A DNA stretch of 59,958 nt, filler included, from Sluysia triapertura (GCA_046118255.1; 5 parts of 5 records of this genome joined end to end with filler, not necessarily neighbours in it); one strand, 5' to 3'; numbered from the whole stretch's first letter, positions 12,720 to 28,179 are shown. Made by a program: numbers and translations. The notes: a model not told the origin generated them from the letters alone.

Positions 12720-14275
12720 TAAAATAAATAAATAACTTATTAATTTTAAGTAGCTAATAATTAAGCGAAATATAAGTTCAAAAATATTTCTATTGCTTTA
12801 TCATACATAATTACATTATGAACTTCTGGTTTTGTGCTGTAGTTAGATAAAAGTGTTAATTTGTCTTTTCACTAATCGCCTTCAATACCGAATCTAAATT
12901 TTCCTTACGATTATTATTCAGTCCAATACAACAGCGTCGAAAATATAACAGTTCAATGTAATTAAAAATTATATCTTTGATTTCATTTAAAAGTTTATAC
13001 GTAATGAAAACCTGTTTTGTGTATGATCTTTTCTAAATTTTCTTAATATAATATTTTTAATGATTTGTCATTAATTAATTCCGTCAGTTTTAATTAGTAA
13101 AATATTTAATTTAACTCTAAATGGTTTGGTATTCATTTGATTAGTTCAATTCAACTAAAAGTTTAATATAAAATTAAATGATTCAAACTTAAATTCAGTT
13201 AAATGTAAAGCTGACTTTACATTTATAGTGTATCTAAACCAAAATGAAAAACAAGTACAGATCATTTTTATATGTACAAAAGTGTAGTGGTTTCTTAATA
13301 CTTAACCTAAGGCTAAATATAATTGAGCAGGGACCAGTTACAGTAAACGTTTTATGTCGTAAAGAAGGCTTAAGCAAATCTGAATGAAAATAATTATTTC
13401 CCTTAACTTAAGTTAGATCGTTTGTTAACTCTTAATTCAATGTAATCAACCCGACTTTTGATAATTTTATAGTTTTCAAGGCTTGTTAATAATATGTTTG
13501 TAACTTATCAATGAATTTAATGCTAATGAAAATAAGAACAATTTTGAAAACTTAATATATATTCAATTATACGAAAAATTCACATTCCGTAGAGAAAATG
13601 CTTCAATAGTTTAAAATTAAAGTCCGAATAGAACCTTTAAATTATTATTATGAATTTAATTGTAGATTATTTCCCATCGGAGTTAAAAAAATCACGTTTA
13701 AAAATGATTTTATTATTTTTACTTTTACTACTCCTTAACAAAAGCAACTTACTACATTCATGAATTGAAATAGATGATGTCCTGCATTTAATTTCAACAA
13801 GAAATCAATAAAACGGAACCTACTAATTTAAAATGGTGTCGACGACTGAGTTGAAATTGTACTAAAATTGTAATTGCTTTGTGATTAAGTACAGCTATTT
13901 ATTTAAGTCAACTAGAACATTCTAGAAATCTAGTCTATTTTTAGTAAGGAATTTCTTTTTAGAAAATAAGTTTTCTTTTTAATTTAATTAAATTTCTTTT
14001 TTGAGAAATTAGGTTAAATTTATATTGTATGTTGCTTTTTTATAGTTGCTTTTGTATTTTTTAAAGAGTTGTGGTGACAACGTAACAAAAGGAAGTCATG
14101 TGATTGTAGCGTTGAACTCACCATAATTATAAAATTAGTTATGAAATTATTATTTAAGAAATTAGTTATTTATATAATCAGTGAATTTATACGTAAAAAT
14201 TTAGACTATAACATATCATCAGAAACAGAATTTCTGCGAATGTATAGTTTTGAGGTGCATCTTAAAGAAAATATA

Positions 14276-14395
14276 CTGTGGATCCGCGTATAACGCAATC
14301 TATAATTAAACTATCAAACTATTTTTATTGTTCTATGTTCGCTTTGTATTCTTATAACGCGATAGTTACGCACCGCGTTATGTGGGGATCCACTA
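14276..14395. mobile_element. Tigger/pogo-type MITE (~120 bp)
   Basis: Imperfect TIRs CTGTGGATCCGCGTATAACGC and GCGTTATGTGGGGATCCACT, with TA on the left flank. Confidence 0.6.
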
Positions 14396-15002
14396 GATGT
14401 ATTAGTCTCGCATTTTATTTCTATCAGAATCGACCAATTTTCAAGTTTTCTTTTTAGAATTTAAAATTTTTTTAATTATTTTTTATTTTATAATTTAAAA
14501 TAAAATAAACAAGTAAAACCAAACCTTCAGGAATAGTTGCCATTTGAAATGCTTTTACTATTTGAAAACATCTTTGTATTCGAGTGGGCCTTAATCGAAT
14601 CTAAATGAAATGAAATCATTAATATTTTTTCGAATTTAAATTCAATAATGCAATACTATATTATCGATTCGAATTTAAATGATTAATGGAAATGATTCTT
14701 CATCATTACAATTTACAAAACAATTTGAATTTAATGAAAAACAAATCTATTATGAACAATTTTATACTGTTACCGAAGAATTTGAGCATTTTATAAAGAA
14801 TAGGAAAATTGAAAATGATTATTTTTTAATTTTATTATGTTTTATGTTATCAAATAGAGATAATCACAAAATTATCATAATAAGCAGACTATATTGCATA
14901 AATTTATACAATCCCAACTACATTTTCATTTTCATTATATATTTCAGAAACATTTTACGAATGCGTATAGTTGAATCGTAATATAAAATAATAATCATAA
15001 AT

Positions 15003-15006
<4 letters not shown>

Positions 15007-15054
<48 letters not shown>
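15007..15054. repeat. (AAT)n microsatellite
   Basis: Trinucleotide run. Confidence 0.9.
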
Positions 15055-15055
<1 letters not shown>

Positions 15056-15739
15056 CGTTTTATTATCAGGATTGATATATAAATCTTTAAAGCCTAGTAT
15101 TGATTTTGATATTTTTGAATTCAAGCTCCAATAATAGTCTAAGAAAACTAACTAATAATATAGGTAAGAAGAAAAATAATATAAAAGAATGGTGGATGTA
15201 TGGATAAATAACACTATTTGGAATAACTCATAAAATAACATGAAAAATATATGCTATTACAAAACTAAAGAATTGAAATCTTTATAATATTATCTTGAAA
15301 CTAAATTTTTATATAGTGTAATATTACATCTTAGAATAGTCACTTTTAGTAAATTATTTTCGGCAAGAATGAGAAATATCAAAATCAGCTTAATTTATTG
15401 CCTATATCTATAAAAACTAAGCTATAAAAATTAACCATTAACAGTCAAATTAAATATATTAAAATGTCATTAATTGTTTCTCAAAAAGTTGTGCTGCAAA
15501 TTTGTTTTATTTTATTATTTGTGCATTAAAAATATTTAAATCAATTTATTTGAGAACATCTTCCTAAACTTATAAATATAAATTTATTAATGATTCCAGT
15601 AAAATGGAAATTGTTTTAAGATTTAGTTAAAAATACAAAAAAGGAATCCAACAAAGAACATACAATTTTTCATATCAATAATTCCTTTTCTACCTTATTA
15701 CTTTAAGATCCTTTGCACATTAATAGTTTACATTTGAAT

Positions 15740-16340
15740 GAAGTTGAATACAGATGCGTGATACAACGACAGAAAGGATAAAAATATTCAAAGAATTAAG
15801 CAATAGACTAAAGAGTTTAAGAATCGATGCCTTTCAGACCGATTAAAATTGCTGATATATGCAACAGAATTATCCAAACTTATCGAAAAGAATAATCGAA
15901 TATCGATAAAAGATTTATCAATAGAGATCAATATTGTCGCTGGATCTGTTCATAAGTTACTTGTCACTTAAGTTAAAATAGTATATATTTTTTTGATAAT
16001 GCCCCAATATAATCTGCAATAAATACTAAAAAATTGATCGAATAATTAAAACTAACTGAATTAAAACATCCACTATACAGACTTGACTTGAATTGGTTGT
16101 TCAAGCACTTAAAGAAGTTCTTGAGAAAGCAGAAATTTAAAACTTATTCAGAATTAATACGTATTGTCAAGAATTATTTCGAACAACAGAAAGACATCTA
16201 TTCTAGAGATATGAAAGATCTTGTAACCCGGCGTGGAACAAAAAAGGTGCGTATAAATGCTTTGCTAAATATATGTGAAAGCTTGTGTCGGTATTCATTT
16301 TCTTTCACTTAGGTTCACTATTTAATGAACGTACCACAAG
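15740..16340 (+). mobile_element. Mariner transposon remnant (internally deleted)
   Basis: HTH KLIEKNNRISIKDLSIEINIVAGSVHKLL; FDNAP..TELKHPLYRLDL (HPPYSPDL); WLFKHLKKFLRKQKF..DLVTR; TIR-like CACTATTTAATGAACGTACC at the end. Confidence 0.8.
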
Positions 16341-19300
16341 CACAAATCTCTTTGTAATAAAATGTAACATTTCGAAGTTCTCGTCTTCAGTGTAATAGAA
16401 TGTGAAATCTGGTACGAAATCTCGTATAATATAATTTCACAGAATCAAAATTAGCCATTTGACGTTTTTAAGTTTTACTTTCATTTCTATAATTGGAAAA
16501 TATTTGTCCTTTTAGTAGTCTTTATAAACATGCCAAAGATAACAAAAATTAAATTAAGATTTTATTAAAACAGAAAGATAATTCAATTAAATTCTAATCG
16601 GCTATTTATTCATTTACAATATCAAAATTATAAAATGTGATTGAAAAAAGCTGCATTTTAGTTATATGACAAAAAAAATATTCAACTAGCAAATATAATA
16701 TAATTCTTGAAAAGATGATATTTAAAATTGTACGACAACCGCTTTGATATTAAAGGAAACTTTCAAAATATAGAAAAGTATAATCTTGAAAAATATTCAG
16801 ATATAGTGTATCAACTCTCGGAAAAATTCAAAATATCGGCACACTTATCGGAAGTTATAGTAAGCGTTATAACAGGCTATCCATAAACACAAAGGTATTA
16901 AAAAAATTGAAGATTTTATGTATATTACCACAGCGCACACAAAATAAAACAAAATTACATTTCTTGAAGTTAAGATTTATTTATTTTCATTTAAAAATAT
17001 ATGATGGTTTTTAATACTTCACGTGATATTAAAACTGCAATCTTTCTTGGTCCGTAATTATTGTAACAATTTTGTAACTTAGAATTTAAATTAATGAAAC
17101 AATCAAATTGCTATATAAAACCATTTCATTTTGTCAAGTCCTTACTATTAAATAATATATAAATTTGTAAGGTATTTCAGTGTCAGACTTCGTAATTAGT
17201 GGTTACATGAGATATTAATGTAGTTGTTTTTAAATTATTTCCATGGAAAAGAGTAAGCAAAAACAGAAATGCTTTCCCAAGAATTCCTAATAAGAATCTA
17301 AAATCTATTCTTAATAGGTAATTATATAAATTGTAAAAACTTGTGTATTTGTTTAATTTAAACATATTAATAAACAAGTGTTCAAAACCTGAGCGGATAA
17401 TCTACAAATATGACATGAACAATTTAATTCTTTTGACTGTTATTAGTTAATATTATACAACATTGATAAATATAATATCATTTTCAATTTAAGCTATTTT
17501 ATATAATGTAACATGCTGTTTAACAATATACATTCAGAGTTGATAACTAAATACAGTTTACTCTGATAAATTAACCTTCTGATTATTGTAAACAATTTGA
17601 ATGTCTACATGACCAAGATTTGTCATGTTGAATGGAGTTGTTAGAGAATATTGTAGAGAATAAGAATCTGCCATCAATTATATTGTATTTTGTTAAAAAT
17701 GAATATTCAAAATGAAACTAAGCTTTTCGGTTATAATTTCGTTATATAAATTAGACTTCTAACACTAAATACTTATTAATATACTACAACTCATGAAAAA
17801 CATAATTTTATTAAAATTTCGTATTAATTTTATTTAGTATTAAATGCAGATATCCTCATTTAGTGCGTTTTTTCATTATAATTGCACTTATTCCTTATCT
17901 TATGATTATCTTCGAATTTTAAATTTTTATTGAAAACGAAATATACGCTTTGGTAATTTTTCAGCATTTATTAAATGATTTAAAGATTTTAAGGCGTTTT
18001 CTTAATAGTCCGAAGTAAATTAGACCATCTATAAAACAGATTCTCTATGAGTTAAGTAAATTGCGATTTTTATGTTGTTCATGTATCATTCGATTAGCGT
18101 GATTTTGATTTATGCATATTAAATAAGGAATAATTGTATAACCAAGTTTTTATAATTGTTTTTGCTTAAGGCATATTTCTAAAAAAATAATAATACAAAT
18201 ATTAAGAAAGAATTTAGAATTTTCATCCTTCTGATAACTCTTAATTAAATTAATTTAAATTTAGTTTGTTAAATTAATGCATCCACATAAAATATACGTT
18301 TAAGCAATGAATATTTGATCGATTACTAGTTTAGAAAACAATTATTTGAAAAATATGACAAAGTGATAATTAATTTTAATAATTAATTTATTTTTTAATT
18401 TCTTATAACATTCAGAATTTTTATTTATTATTTTTATTTTTCAATTATTAATAAAATTTCACTACTTTCAAAGTCTAAATGCATTTGAAAGAGTTTATGT
18501 TGGTTTTTCAGTGACTGTCTTCGATAAAACGATTTAGCATATTGTTATTGTTACCTATCATTTTATTCAAGTAGCCTTTCTTTCAATCAGCATTTGCTTT
18601 GACTGAGCTGGAGATTTTATTTATATTAGTCTCATTGCTGGACAGTCTTTTTAGAATTTTTACGACCATTACTTTTTAGAATTCCTTGTTCCTCATTTAT
18701 CAAATGTATTCCATCGCGTTTCTTTAAAAGTATATAATGGTATCTGCCGATGTCTTAAAATCTTTGCCTCTTAGCAAATAATAAGCATTCTTTCATCTAA
18801 GGATTTCTTTAAATATTTATTTTTGAATCTTATTTTTTCTAAGCAAATCTATTTTCTTTTGTTTCATATTATTATCGTGATAAATAATCTGTTAATTTCA
18901 TTTATTGATTAATCTGAAAGCCAATCTCGATGAAGACTACAATATCACATTATTATAGAATTTTATTGCATAAGTAAACTCAAGCATCATATTAGATTTC
19001 TTACAAGAACTATATACCAATAGGTCAAGTTACTTTCTTCATCAATCGCAGCAATAGCTTCTTCAATATTTTATTATATTGCTAATTTTTTTCTAATTTG
19101 TTGTATTTTTATATTATATTTATTATATTTGCTAATTAATTATTTATTATATAATATTATACTAATATTATATATTTTTTGCAAATTCATTATATTGCTA
19201 ATTTCTCCTAGTTCAAAATTATTATTTTCATTATCAGTTCAAGCACATATTTTTCCATTTTATAATTTTATAAAAAAATTGATTATTTTATGTAAAAAGA

Positions 19301-19777
19301 ATACCTTTTAATCAAATACAGTTTATAAAATTTACTTGAAAATCATCAAAAATAATAACTAAATTAATAAAATAACTTAGAAATTCATATAAATTTCAAT
19401 ATTCAGAAAATCTTAAATAAAAATTGATTAAAAATTGCATTAATATTAATTAAATGATGAAACTTTAATTAATTAATGACATGCATTCTTTTCTGATTAA
19501 ACATATTTTAAATGAAATTATAAAAAATATGCACAAATTTTATTTACTGCATATTAAATTCATTAAGTATTTAACATATTTTATTCACTTCCTATTAATT
19601 AAATTTAATGGAATTTAAATAAAAAGCTTCTTTAAGAATTAATTAACTAAGAAAACATACCTTTACTTGACCACTTTGATAAAGTACTCATTCGAAATCC
19701 TGACGGCAAATTTCCACAATAACGCAAAATATCTTCAATTTCTCTCTGTTATAATTTATTATCATTATTGTTATAAC

Positions 19778-19778
<1 letters not shown>

Positions 19779-19842
<64 letters not shown>
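19779..19842. repeat. (ATT)n microsatellite
   Basis: Trinucleotide run. Confidence 0.95.
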
Positions 19843-19843
<1 letters not shown>

Positions 19844-22800
19844 GCCATTAAAAACACTTACTTCTGAATCAGTAAATTATTCTACTTTTACTGATAAAAT
19901 TTTATTAAACATCTCAAATAAATAATATTAATGTAAATAAAAAAAACAAGTAGAACAATTACATTTATGAATTTTTATTTTATTATTATTTATTATTTTA
20001 TATTTTATTATTGCTATTCATTTAATGTGCGCCTAAATTACAATATTTTTTGACAAAATTTACGACATAATTTTAATGTAATAAAGCTGCAATAATATTG
20101 CATTAATATTTATTAAAATTTGATGATTGATGTTTATTTATTTTATTTAATCTGTCTTAGAGAATTAAACAACTAAAACTTGATTAATATTTGGTCAGAG
20201 TTTTAGTCCATCTATGATTTTAGGATGGAAGTGAAAATTTTATTAAACACAATAAAAACGACAAAATATACGAGTTATAAATTATATGTCCACTGTTGCG
20301 AAGAAATGTTTAGTTTAAAATTAATTGATATTTTGTATGTAGTAAAATAAAACGGTGTACAATGGTCCATCAACGAATGAAATGTTTAATCGTTATTTTA
20401 CTTCCTTAAACATATAATATTTATAAATCTCTATCCAAATAACAACTTATAACTTTAACTGAATAATCATGAACAATAACTGGAACGCAATCCTCCAAAT
20501 AACTAAAATAGTATTCCGATTCTCCAAATACTACACTCAAACTTGTATACAGTAACTGTGTTACTGCCCTATATACTGATTTTTTCTTTTTTAAACGTAT
20601 GGCCTGGTTATAGTAATTTCCATAATATTAAATTACACATATACTATATTAGCACATCCTTATGGTCGACATCGCTTTACAGGTTAGTTTAGCTATGTTT
20701 TTGTTTTGTAGGTGTTCACTTATATAAAACAACACTATAGCTTATGCTATATTTGTTAATTTTCTACATTCTTCATATAACCGTATCATATTACGGTTAA
20801 TGCTATAATCGTTTTCTACGTTCATATCGTGTAATTTGATACCGTATAATATTTTTGTCACGAGATATTTATTTTTTTTATTATTATTTTTCCTTTAATT
20901 TATCTTTCAATAAAAAATCTTATCTGCATCACAGAGGTAGTAACAATGTCTTATTTTAAGACGATTTCACCGTACATTCATGTTTTGGTTTGATAATCAT
21001 GGAAGATCAAAAATTACTAAGCAACGAATATGTGTAGTGATTGTTTCTGTTATTGAAACGATAATAAATATTGAAACAGTACATACATGCATTTGCCATT
21101 TTAATAAAAGAATTTTAATTTTTGTATATGCAATAAATGAGAGTAAGTACAATATATTCTTTTTTATTGTGATAGCTCGAATAACTTTGCCAAACTCGGC
21201 CTTAGCGTTTTACGATGTCTTGGAAACTTATCCAGCCTCATTCTTAAAACGTATATTCACGCAGCAACACAAAGATTCCTATAAATAATCACTTAACATT
21301 GTATTTTGATAAATAACGATTATATAAGTTTACTATAGGCATTAGTCGAAAATATTTAACTAAATCTTTCAGTTTGGGTAATGAACAAATTTGAAAATTT
21401 TATACATAAAATAAGACGACTTTTATTTTTGTTATAATTGTGAAATAAATTTGAAACGTACAAATAAATGTAAAATTTTATGATTGTGAACGTTATAAAT
21501 ATAAAAACTCAAATAATTGGGAAATAACCAGTAATTTAATAGATGTGAAGAAAATAACACTCGTAAATTACAAATAAAAGTTTATTAAAACAGTAACTAA
21601 CAAAATTTATGACAACAATGAAAAGGAAAATACAATTAAATAGAGTTTTAAAATGAAGTCTTAAGGAATCACATTCCACGTAAACTTACGATAGAAAAAT
21701 GTATAGTGATTTGCATCACACAAATCACTAAAACATGAAACGCTTCAACAACGCATCAAAAGACCAAGATTGTTGCTGTTGTCGTGACAATATAATTTTT
21801 AAAAACGATTCAATTTTCAATTCTCAAAAATTGATCTCACTGTACACTTATACTCTACTGCAGGAAAACTTTGACAAACCCTGATTTAAAAAAGTGTTTT
21901 AAACCAGATAAAACCAGAATAATGTATCAAAAGAAATGCTGAATAGGTTACATTGCATAATTTAAAATTTAAATAAATTCTTTTTAAATTGCCTGTTATA
22001 AATCACATAATAATTAGACACACACTTTTTAAAATTTTTTTATTGTGCTTATGTGTACTTACGGATAAGATCGTTTGTTGTTGTTTTGGGGTGAATATCC
22101 TTGTCAAAACGTTCTGAAATTTATTCAACAATTGTCTAAAACTAGCATGATTCAATAAAGAAACAGTGCAGTTTAATTAGCATATGGTTTCATAATACCA
22201 AACCCAGTAATGCATAGGTTAATTTTAATTAAATACTATTCACACTTTAACTAACAGTAAAGCAAGGAATTTTCAACTTATTTTCTTAAAGAGAAAACAG
22301 CTTTTATCGAAGCATTAGTAAAATACAAATAATTAACATTATTAACAATCTTCGGATTTATTAAATATACACAATTGCAGTAAACTGTGGCGTTGCATAA
22401 TCCTTTGCTTTACTTTAATATAATTCGCTTCCTGAATTTCTATATGTTTAACTGGGACGTTTGTCTTATTTATTTGACTAAACCAATATATTATTTTCAT
22501 CAAGTATCTGGTATTTTAATGGATTCTTGAAATAATGAAGATTTTACATACTCTTTATCATCCTTTTGCAAAATAAGTCTTCAAACGTTTTACAATGTTT
22601 ACAAGCTAGAAAGAATATTCAGTAAATCAGAATTCTTTAGAATTCATTGCAATAATCATTATGTATACTATATTGACTTGTATATCGAATAATAATAATA
22701 AATTTAATATTTCAATCCTTTACTAACTCTAGAGTTACCACATTACTATGCATATAAATGTAACATAATATTTATTAAATTCTAGTTTAATGTAAATTTC

Positions 22801-24430
22801 ATTTAAAATAAAAATTACTTAAAGTAAAATTAAAATCATTTTCATTAAGATTATAATGCTTTTCATCAATTTAAAATGAGATTTGATAGAGTTAGTATAA
22901 ATTCAAAATTTAAAAACAAATAACAATTAGTCTTAGAGTAAAATAAAATAAATAATCATTTTAAAGTAAGATTCTGTAAAAACAATATAACATCAAACTT
23001 TAAGAACATAAAGATTATTCGAACAAAAGTGTTAAAATTATATTGAAGTGAGATTGAATAAAACTACTATGCAATTAAAAATTAATAACATTATTCTCGA
23101 TAAAATTCACCTAAATTAAAGATTGAGATAATAATGTTATACTAAATTTAAGAGCATTATAATCGGAAAAAACTATATTAAAATATGATTGATATATAAT
23201 CAGTATAGAATTAAAGTTTAATAAAACTATTAAAATTATCCAAATATAGAAGGTTAATAATTTTAGAATTATTATTATTATTTTACTAGAAATTATTATT
23301 GAGAGAAATAGCATACTATTAATATCGCTATGTATTTATTGTATAAATTTATTTGAATTACTACTATTATAGAAATTGTATAAAATTGAATTATTTGGAT
23401 AAACTCATTTATTATCGAAACTTGAATATAATTAAATTTAAATATATAGTATTCTGGTATATATAAAAAACTAAAACATAAAAAAACAAGTAAAAAAACT
23501 GCAACTTAATATACCAATATTGATAAAGAAAACAACAAGAAGTTCAGACGAAAAAACATATGAAGTACTATCGACGATTTATAAAAGGGCTCCGATTATA
23601 CAAATATTGGTAAGGGTAAGGAATTATTAACTTTTTTATTATTTGGATAATTTAATATTTACATAAATTAAATAAAGTTTTTGTGTAGTATACATTTATA
23701 AAATCCATGTTAAAAAATTTTTATATATTATTTATAACTAGACTGTTAATTTGTTCGTGCATATTATTGTTAAAGTAAAATTTTGTTTATCAAATAAATC
23801 AATTTTTTTCATTCTATTTGAGTCAGTTAGAGTAGAACCCCTAAAAAAGTTCAATTCTATTTAACTGTTATTGATTTGAATCGATAGTCATCATTATTTA
23901 AATTAAAGCGTTTCCATTCTCTGTCATCGGAACGAGTATTATCCGAACTCAGACTTCTGACGATAAAGATTTTTAATCGTTACTCAAATTGACTTAAAGA
24001 TATTGAGGAATACTAACATTTTAGAGAAATTGTAACGAAAGTCTAATTGTGTAATTTATTGTAAGTGTATATTAATTTATTGACACATAAAGTATCCAGA
24101 GAGACATTTGATTATTCAATATATTGAATTTTATCGAATTAAGTTTTTTGTGAATAAATCATAAATCTAACATAAAGCTAAGCTGCCGTAACTTTTTCTT
24201 AGCAACTATTAGATTAGATTGAAAATCCATGGCATGCTAACTTTATATTACCTATGATTTCATTTCATCAGAAAGTACATTCGACACATACCATTATATA
24301 ACACCTATTACACCTCGCAAAACCTTTCATATATCTCCATTGTTTAAACTTTAACATAACATTTCATACCTAAACCATTCTGCCATAATTATTGTTGTCA
24401 TTATCATCCACAAAATCGATTATTTGTATT

Positions 24431-24431
24431 A

Positions 24432-24501
<70 letters not shown>
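24431..24501. repeat. (ATT)n microsatellite
   Basis: Trinucleotide run at the contig end. Confidence 0.95.
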
Positions 24502-24601
24502 NNNNNNNNNNNNNNNNNNNNNNNNNNNNNNNNNNNNNNNNNNNNTTAATTAATTAANNNNNNNNNNNNNNNNNNNNNNNNNNNNNNNNNNNNNNNNNNN
24601 N
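24502..24601. other. Artificial contig spacer
   Basis: N44-TTAATTAATTAA-N44. Confidence 0.97.
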
Positions 24602-24879
24602 AATCACATTAAAATCTTTGATAAGGTTCACTTTCATTGAACCTAATTAAAATACATATTTTATAAAAGGTTTGTATACTCAAACCTGAGTAAACTTACT
24701 ATTTATTTGTTTTTTAAAATCATAAAATCTTCTAAAATTATAAAAATCTATTGTCCCTAAATTATTCATTATATTAAATTGATTTTTATTTTATAATCAT
24801 TTGAATTCAGTAATCGTTTTAAGCCCAGTTAACACTAATAACAAATTTTTGATTTAACATTTAAAATATAGCATTTAAT

Positions 24880-25020
24880 TGAAGAAAAAGAATTCCTTTT
24901 AACCTCCATTTTATTTAAGTCAAATCCAACGGTTGGCCATTTGGTTTGTAAGCCCAATACGTTGGTGAACTCACCATTTATCTAGGTAGCTTTATTCTCT
25001 ATATATCTTTACACATTTCT
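24880..25020 (+). repeat. Fragment of the LTR-like family also at 42946-43528 and 51719-52256
   Basis: Shares the AAATCCAACG...CGTTGGTGAACTCAC core and downstream CTTTATTCT..CACATTTCT. Confidence 0.65.
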
Positions 25021-25771
25021 TGCAGAAATATACATAAGGCACATCAATCAATTAAACAAATGAAATTCTTTTAAATTTATCATATTATTATGTTAGTGTG
25101 CAGATTAATGATTAAATGGAATGAGCAAACAATGCAAATTGTATCTTAAGATTCAACAATTCTGAAATAAATATTATTAAAAATAAAATTTGAAAACTAA
25201 ATAAGAAAATAATTAAATTTTTTTCAATATTTCTGATGAAGCTACTGTGTTTCTCCGAAAATAAGACAATAAGGGCTTATATTGATTTTCATTCCAAAAT
25301 ATGATACTAGCGCTTCATTTTTTGGGTGGTGTTCTATTTTCATCTATAGAAAAACATGTTCGTACAAAAAGGACATGAACAAACCAATATACTTTTACTA
25401 ATGAATAATATATTTTATGTTTAATTTAACTGATTTTCATTATTTTAAGTCATTCTCATAGATATTGCTTTGATAATTGCTAATAAATTCTTACTTGGAC
25501 GATCACAAAATCTTAATTGACAATCATGAACTCGTCAAAAAGTGAACCAGATGCTTTGAGAATGAAAGTATCTCTCAGAACGTATTGTAATTTAAAGATT
25601 ATTGTGCTTTAAATATAGAAATAAATGCTAAAGAATGAAATCAGCGCCGTCTCAAGCCATTTATTTACTTTATCCTAATTGGCAATCAACCAGGCCTTAC
25701 TTTAGGAGTAGATCTTAAATTAAAATCATCCTGAAACATCACACTAGGCCTAATTTTCGAGGATAAAATAT

Positions 25772-25913
25772 TAGTGGCGGAACAAAGGGAATTCATGTAG
25801 GGACAGATGCACCGGGGCGCGAAATTGCTTCTAGAAAAATAGAAAAAGAAACAAATGTATAGTGCTTTTTAACCATCTGAGGGCGCCTGGAACAATACAT
25901 CGGTCTGCCACTG
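25772..25913. mobile_element. hAT-type MITE (~142 bp)
   Basis: TIRs TAGTGGCGGA and TCTGCCACTG; 8-bp flanks TAAAATAT and TATAATAT (7/8 match, consistent with a TSD). Confidence 0.75.
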
Positions 25914-26065
25914 TATAATATTTAAATATTATATTACATAAATATTATTATATGAAATTATTTCTCATACTGATTTTATGACAAACAGTATATACATTTT
26001 TCAAAAATGAAATGTTTATTATAAATCTTTTTTTAAAATTGGATCTTTATACATCAATTACTTAC

Positions 26066-26373
26066 TTCATATGTTGTAAAATACAAATTCCTCGATCATC
26101 ACATTGTTTGAGACATATTTTTCTACCCAATGAATCACATTTATAATTTTCAGTAGACTTACAATACGTTTTGCAATAAGAACCATAAAAATGAATATTA
26201 CAAGTAATATTCAAATATAAAGTAACACTATAATAAATACTATTATTAAAATACATATAATTAGTAAAATAATTAATTTTATACTTTATTTCTAAAAAAC
26301 TAAGTCCTTTTTCAAAACTCATGGACCAATTAGTGCTAAATATTACTCTTATATTTGTATATTTCATTTTCAT
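26066..26373 (-). pseudogene. Delta/Serrate-like DSL-domain exon(s); gene probably disrupted
   Basis: NITCNIHFYGSYCKTYCKSTENYKCDSLGRKIC fits the DSL consensus (C-x3-YYG-x2-C-x3-C...Y-x-C-x3-G-x3-C). It ends at a GTAAGT donor. A possible 45-nt GT..TACTAAT..AG intron lies at 26240-26284. Confidence 0.7.
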
Positions 26374-26699
26374 TTATTTTGAATTCATAAAAAAGCAACT
26401 AATTCGTCATTGTTTACTGAGACATTTTCATTGCTAAAATGAGGTTTTATTTAAAAATGTTTTAAACGATATTGTGTTCACATATACTGCAAAGTAAGTA
26501 ATCAGAAACGCTTAACTCATTCAGTAGCCGCTGACGTAATAATGTATTTTGTGTTGCCATCAAACAGTCGATTAAGAAATTTTAGTGGCCAGTTATGAGT
26601 TAAAATAAATCATTCATTTTGACTTTTTCTTAAATATTTCATAATATTCAAAGTAATTTGACATTCTCTGGTAACTGGTTTTATATTTTTGAAACATAA

Positions 26700-26945
26700 A
26701 CAGTATACAACCTATCACCTAGCTTATTATCACTGTAGATTCTGTATAGATAATTATGTCTCAATGAAATATTCATCGTGGTTCCAATTTTCGTATTATT
26801 TCTAAAAGATATTCAGCACTTCCGTAATATAAGCATTGTAAATTATTGTCATGATTTTGAATTCTATTCTTACTTTTATTAGCAACCAATGTAATCAATG
26901 AGATCATCTTCCCACTTGGAAAATTAGTGTTGCTGCTTGATTAAT
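26700..26945 (-). mobile_element. L2/CR1-group LINE ORF2 3' fragment
   Basis: Near-copy of 30330-30545; LHWLL...RIEFKIMTIIY. Confidence 0.7.
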
Positions 26946-27189
26946 TATTAATTATTAACAATAAACTTAATACAAATATTACATTTTATGATATATTTTA
27001 TAGTTTATTTTATTATATTATTTTATTATTATATTATTTTTTATTTTTTATTCACCTCTGCGTAGTGAACACCATATTTTTTGAAAATAATGGAATTAGT
27101 GCTTCAAGAATATGTATAAATAAACTCAAAAAACATTTTGTTTTAATATTAAATTTTATTAAAATTTACTTCACATTTATCAACTTTTA

Positions 27190-27560
27190 AATGAAACTGC
27201 GGAAAGTTATCAAATTCAAAAAATCAAATGAAGGGCTTTTATACTCTCAAAGAGATCTGGCAGAGAAATTTAACATGCCTATTGGAGTTATAAAGAAAAT
27301 TCCTAAAATAAAGTGGATATTGGAAATAAAAATGAGTTTATAATAACTTGTCCACTTTAAAAATTGATGACAGCTTAGTGTGTGAGAGTGGTTTGTTAAG
27401 ACAAGACACAAAACTTCGTTATGGCAGTACGAATTGCAAGTAAAATCGGAAAGGATACTTTTAAAGCTTCAAATGGATGTTTCAAAAGCAGACATAATAT
27501 CAGCTCAAAAGTTATTTCAGAAGAAGAAGTCTTAGTGGATCAAACATATTAGTATTAAAT
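27190..27560 (+). mobile_element. Tigger/pogo CENP-B HTH fragment
   Basis: SQRDLAEKFNMPIGVIKKI; EWFVKTR; FKASNG..RHNISSKVISEE. Confidence 0.7.
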
Positions 27561-27699
27561 TTCAAAAATAAATAATATAGCATATTTTTAATTTATGAAT
27601 AAATCGTCATTAGATTGTTCGCTATGCAGAGGTCTTACTGTAGTAAAAAGTATTTATTTTATTAACAAACAATTAAATAAACGAAATAAAATGATTCTA

Positions 27700-28160
27700 A
27701 GTGAAAAATGAAAATTCTTCTAAAGAACTATTTCGAAGAAGAACAGAACGATTTCCATTTTAGAGGACTGAAAGATCGTCGTGACCAAATTATTAAACTA
27801 AAACAGGAAAAATATGATTTTCTTTGGCTTGGAAACTCTTCAGACATGAATCTCGTAGAAAATCTGTGGAATATTGTCAAAAGGAAAGTTGCTTATTGAA
27901 ACCCTGATAAAAGTATGGCATCACGATGACGAGATCAAATACTTGTAACCCAAGCTCATCCGTGGCATGCTTTTAAAGATCAGGAAATTATTGAATAACA
28001 AAGGAAGGCAAGCAAAGGACAGATAGAAGAGTTTGTACATATTTGATTTGTAGTTAATTGTGTTATCATTCTACATGAATAAAATTTCTATATGTTTTGA
28101 ATCTCATTATTTATATCTATTATTTTACTTTCACCAGAATTTTTTGGAAAAAGTAGTCTA
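27700..28160 (+). mobile_element. Tc1 transposase C-terminal remnant
   Basis: WLGNSSDMNLVENLWNIVKRKV (WPxNSPDLNPIENLW); VWHH; KGRQAK. Confidence 0.8.
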
Positions 28161-28179
28161 ATAAAAATCTTCTGTACTC

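Noticed and set aside
21400-21880. Possible piggyBac C-terminal Cys-rich remnant
   Set aside because: Motif similarity is too weak to support by eye.
25232-25262. CTGATGA...CGAAA hammerhead-like core
   Set aside because: Stem II does not pair (A-C at the closing position) and there is no convincing stem I or III.
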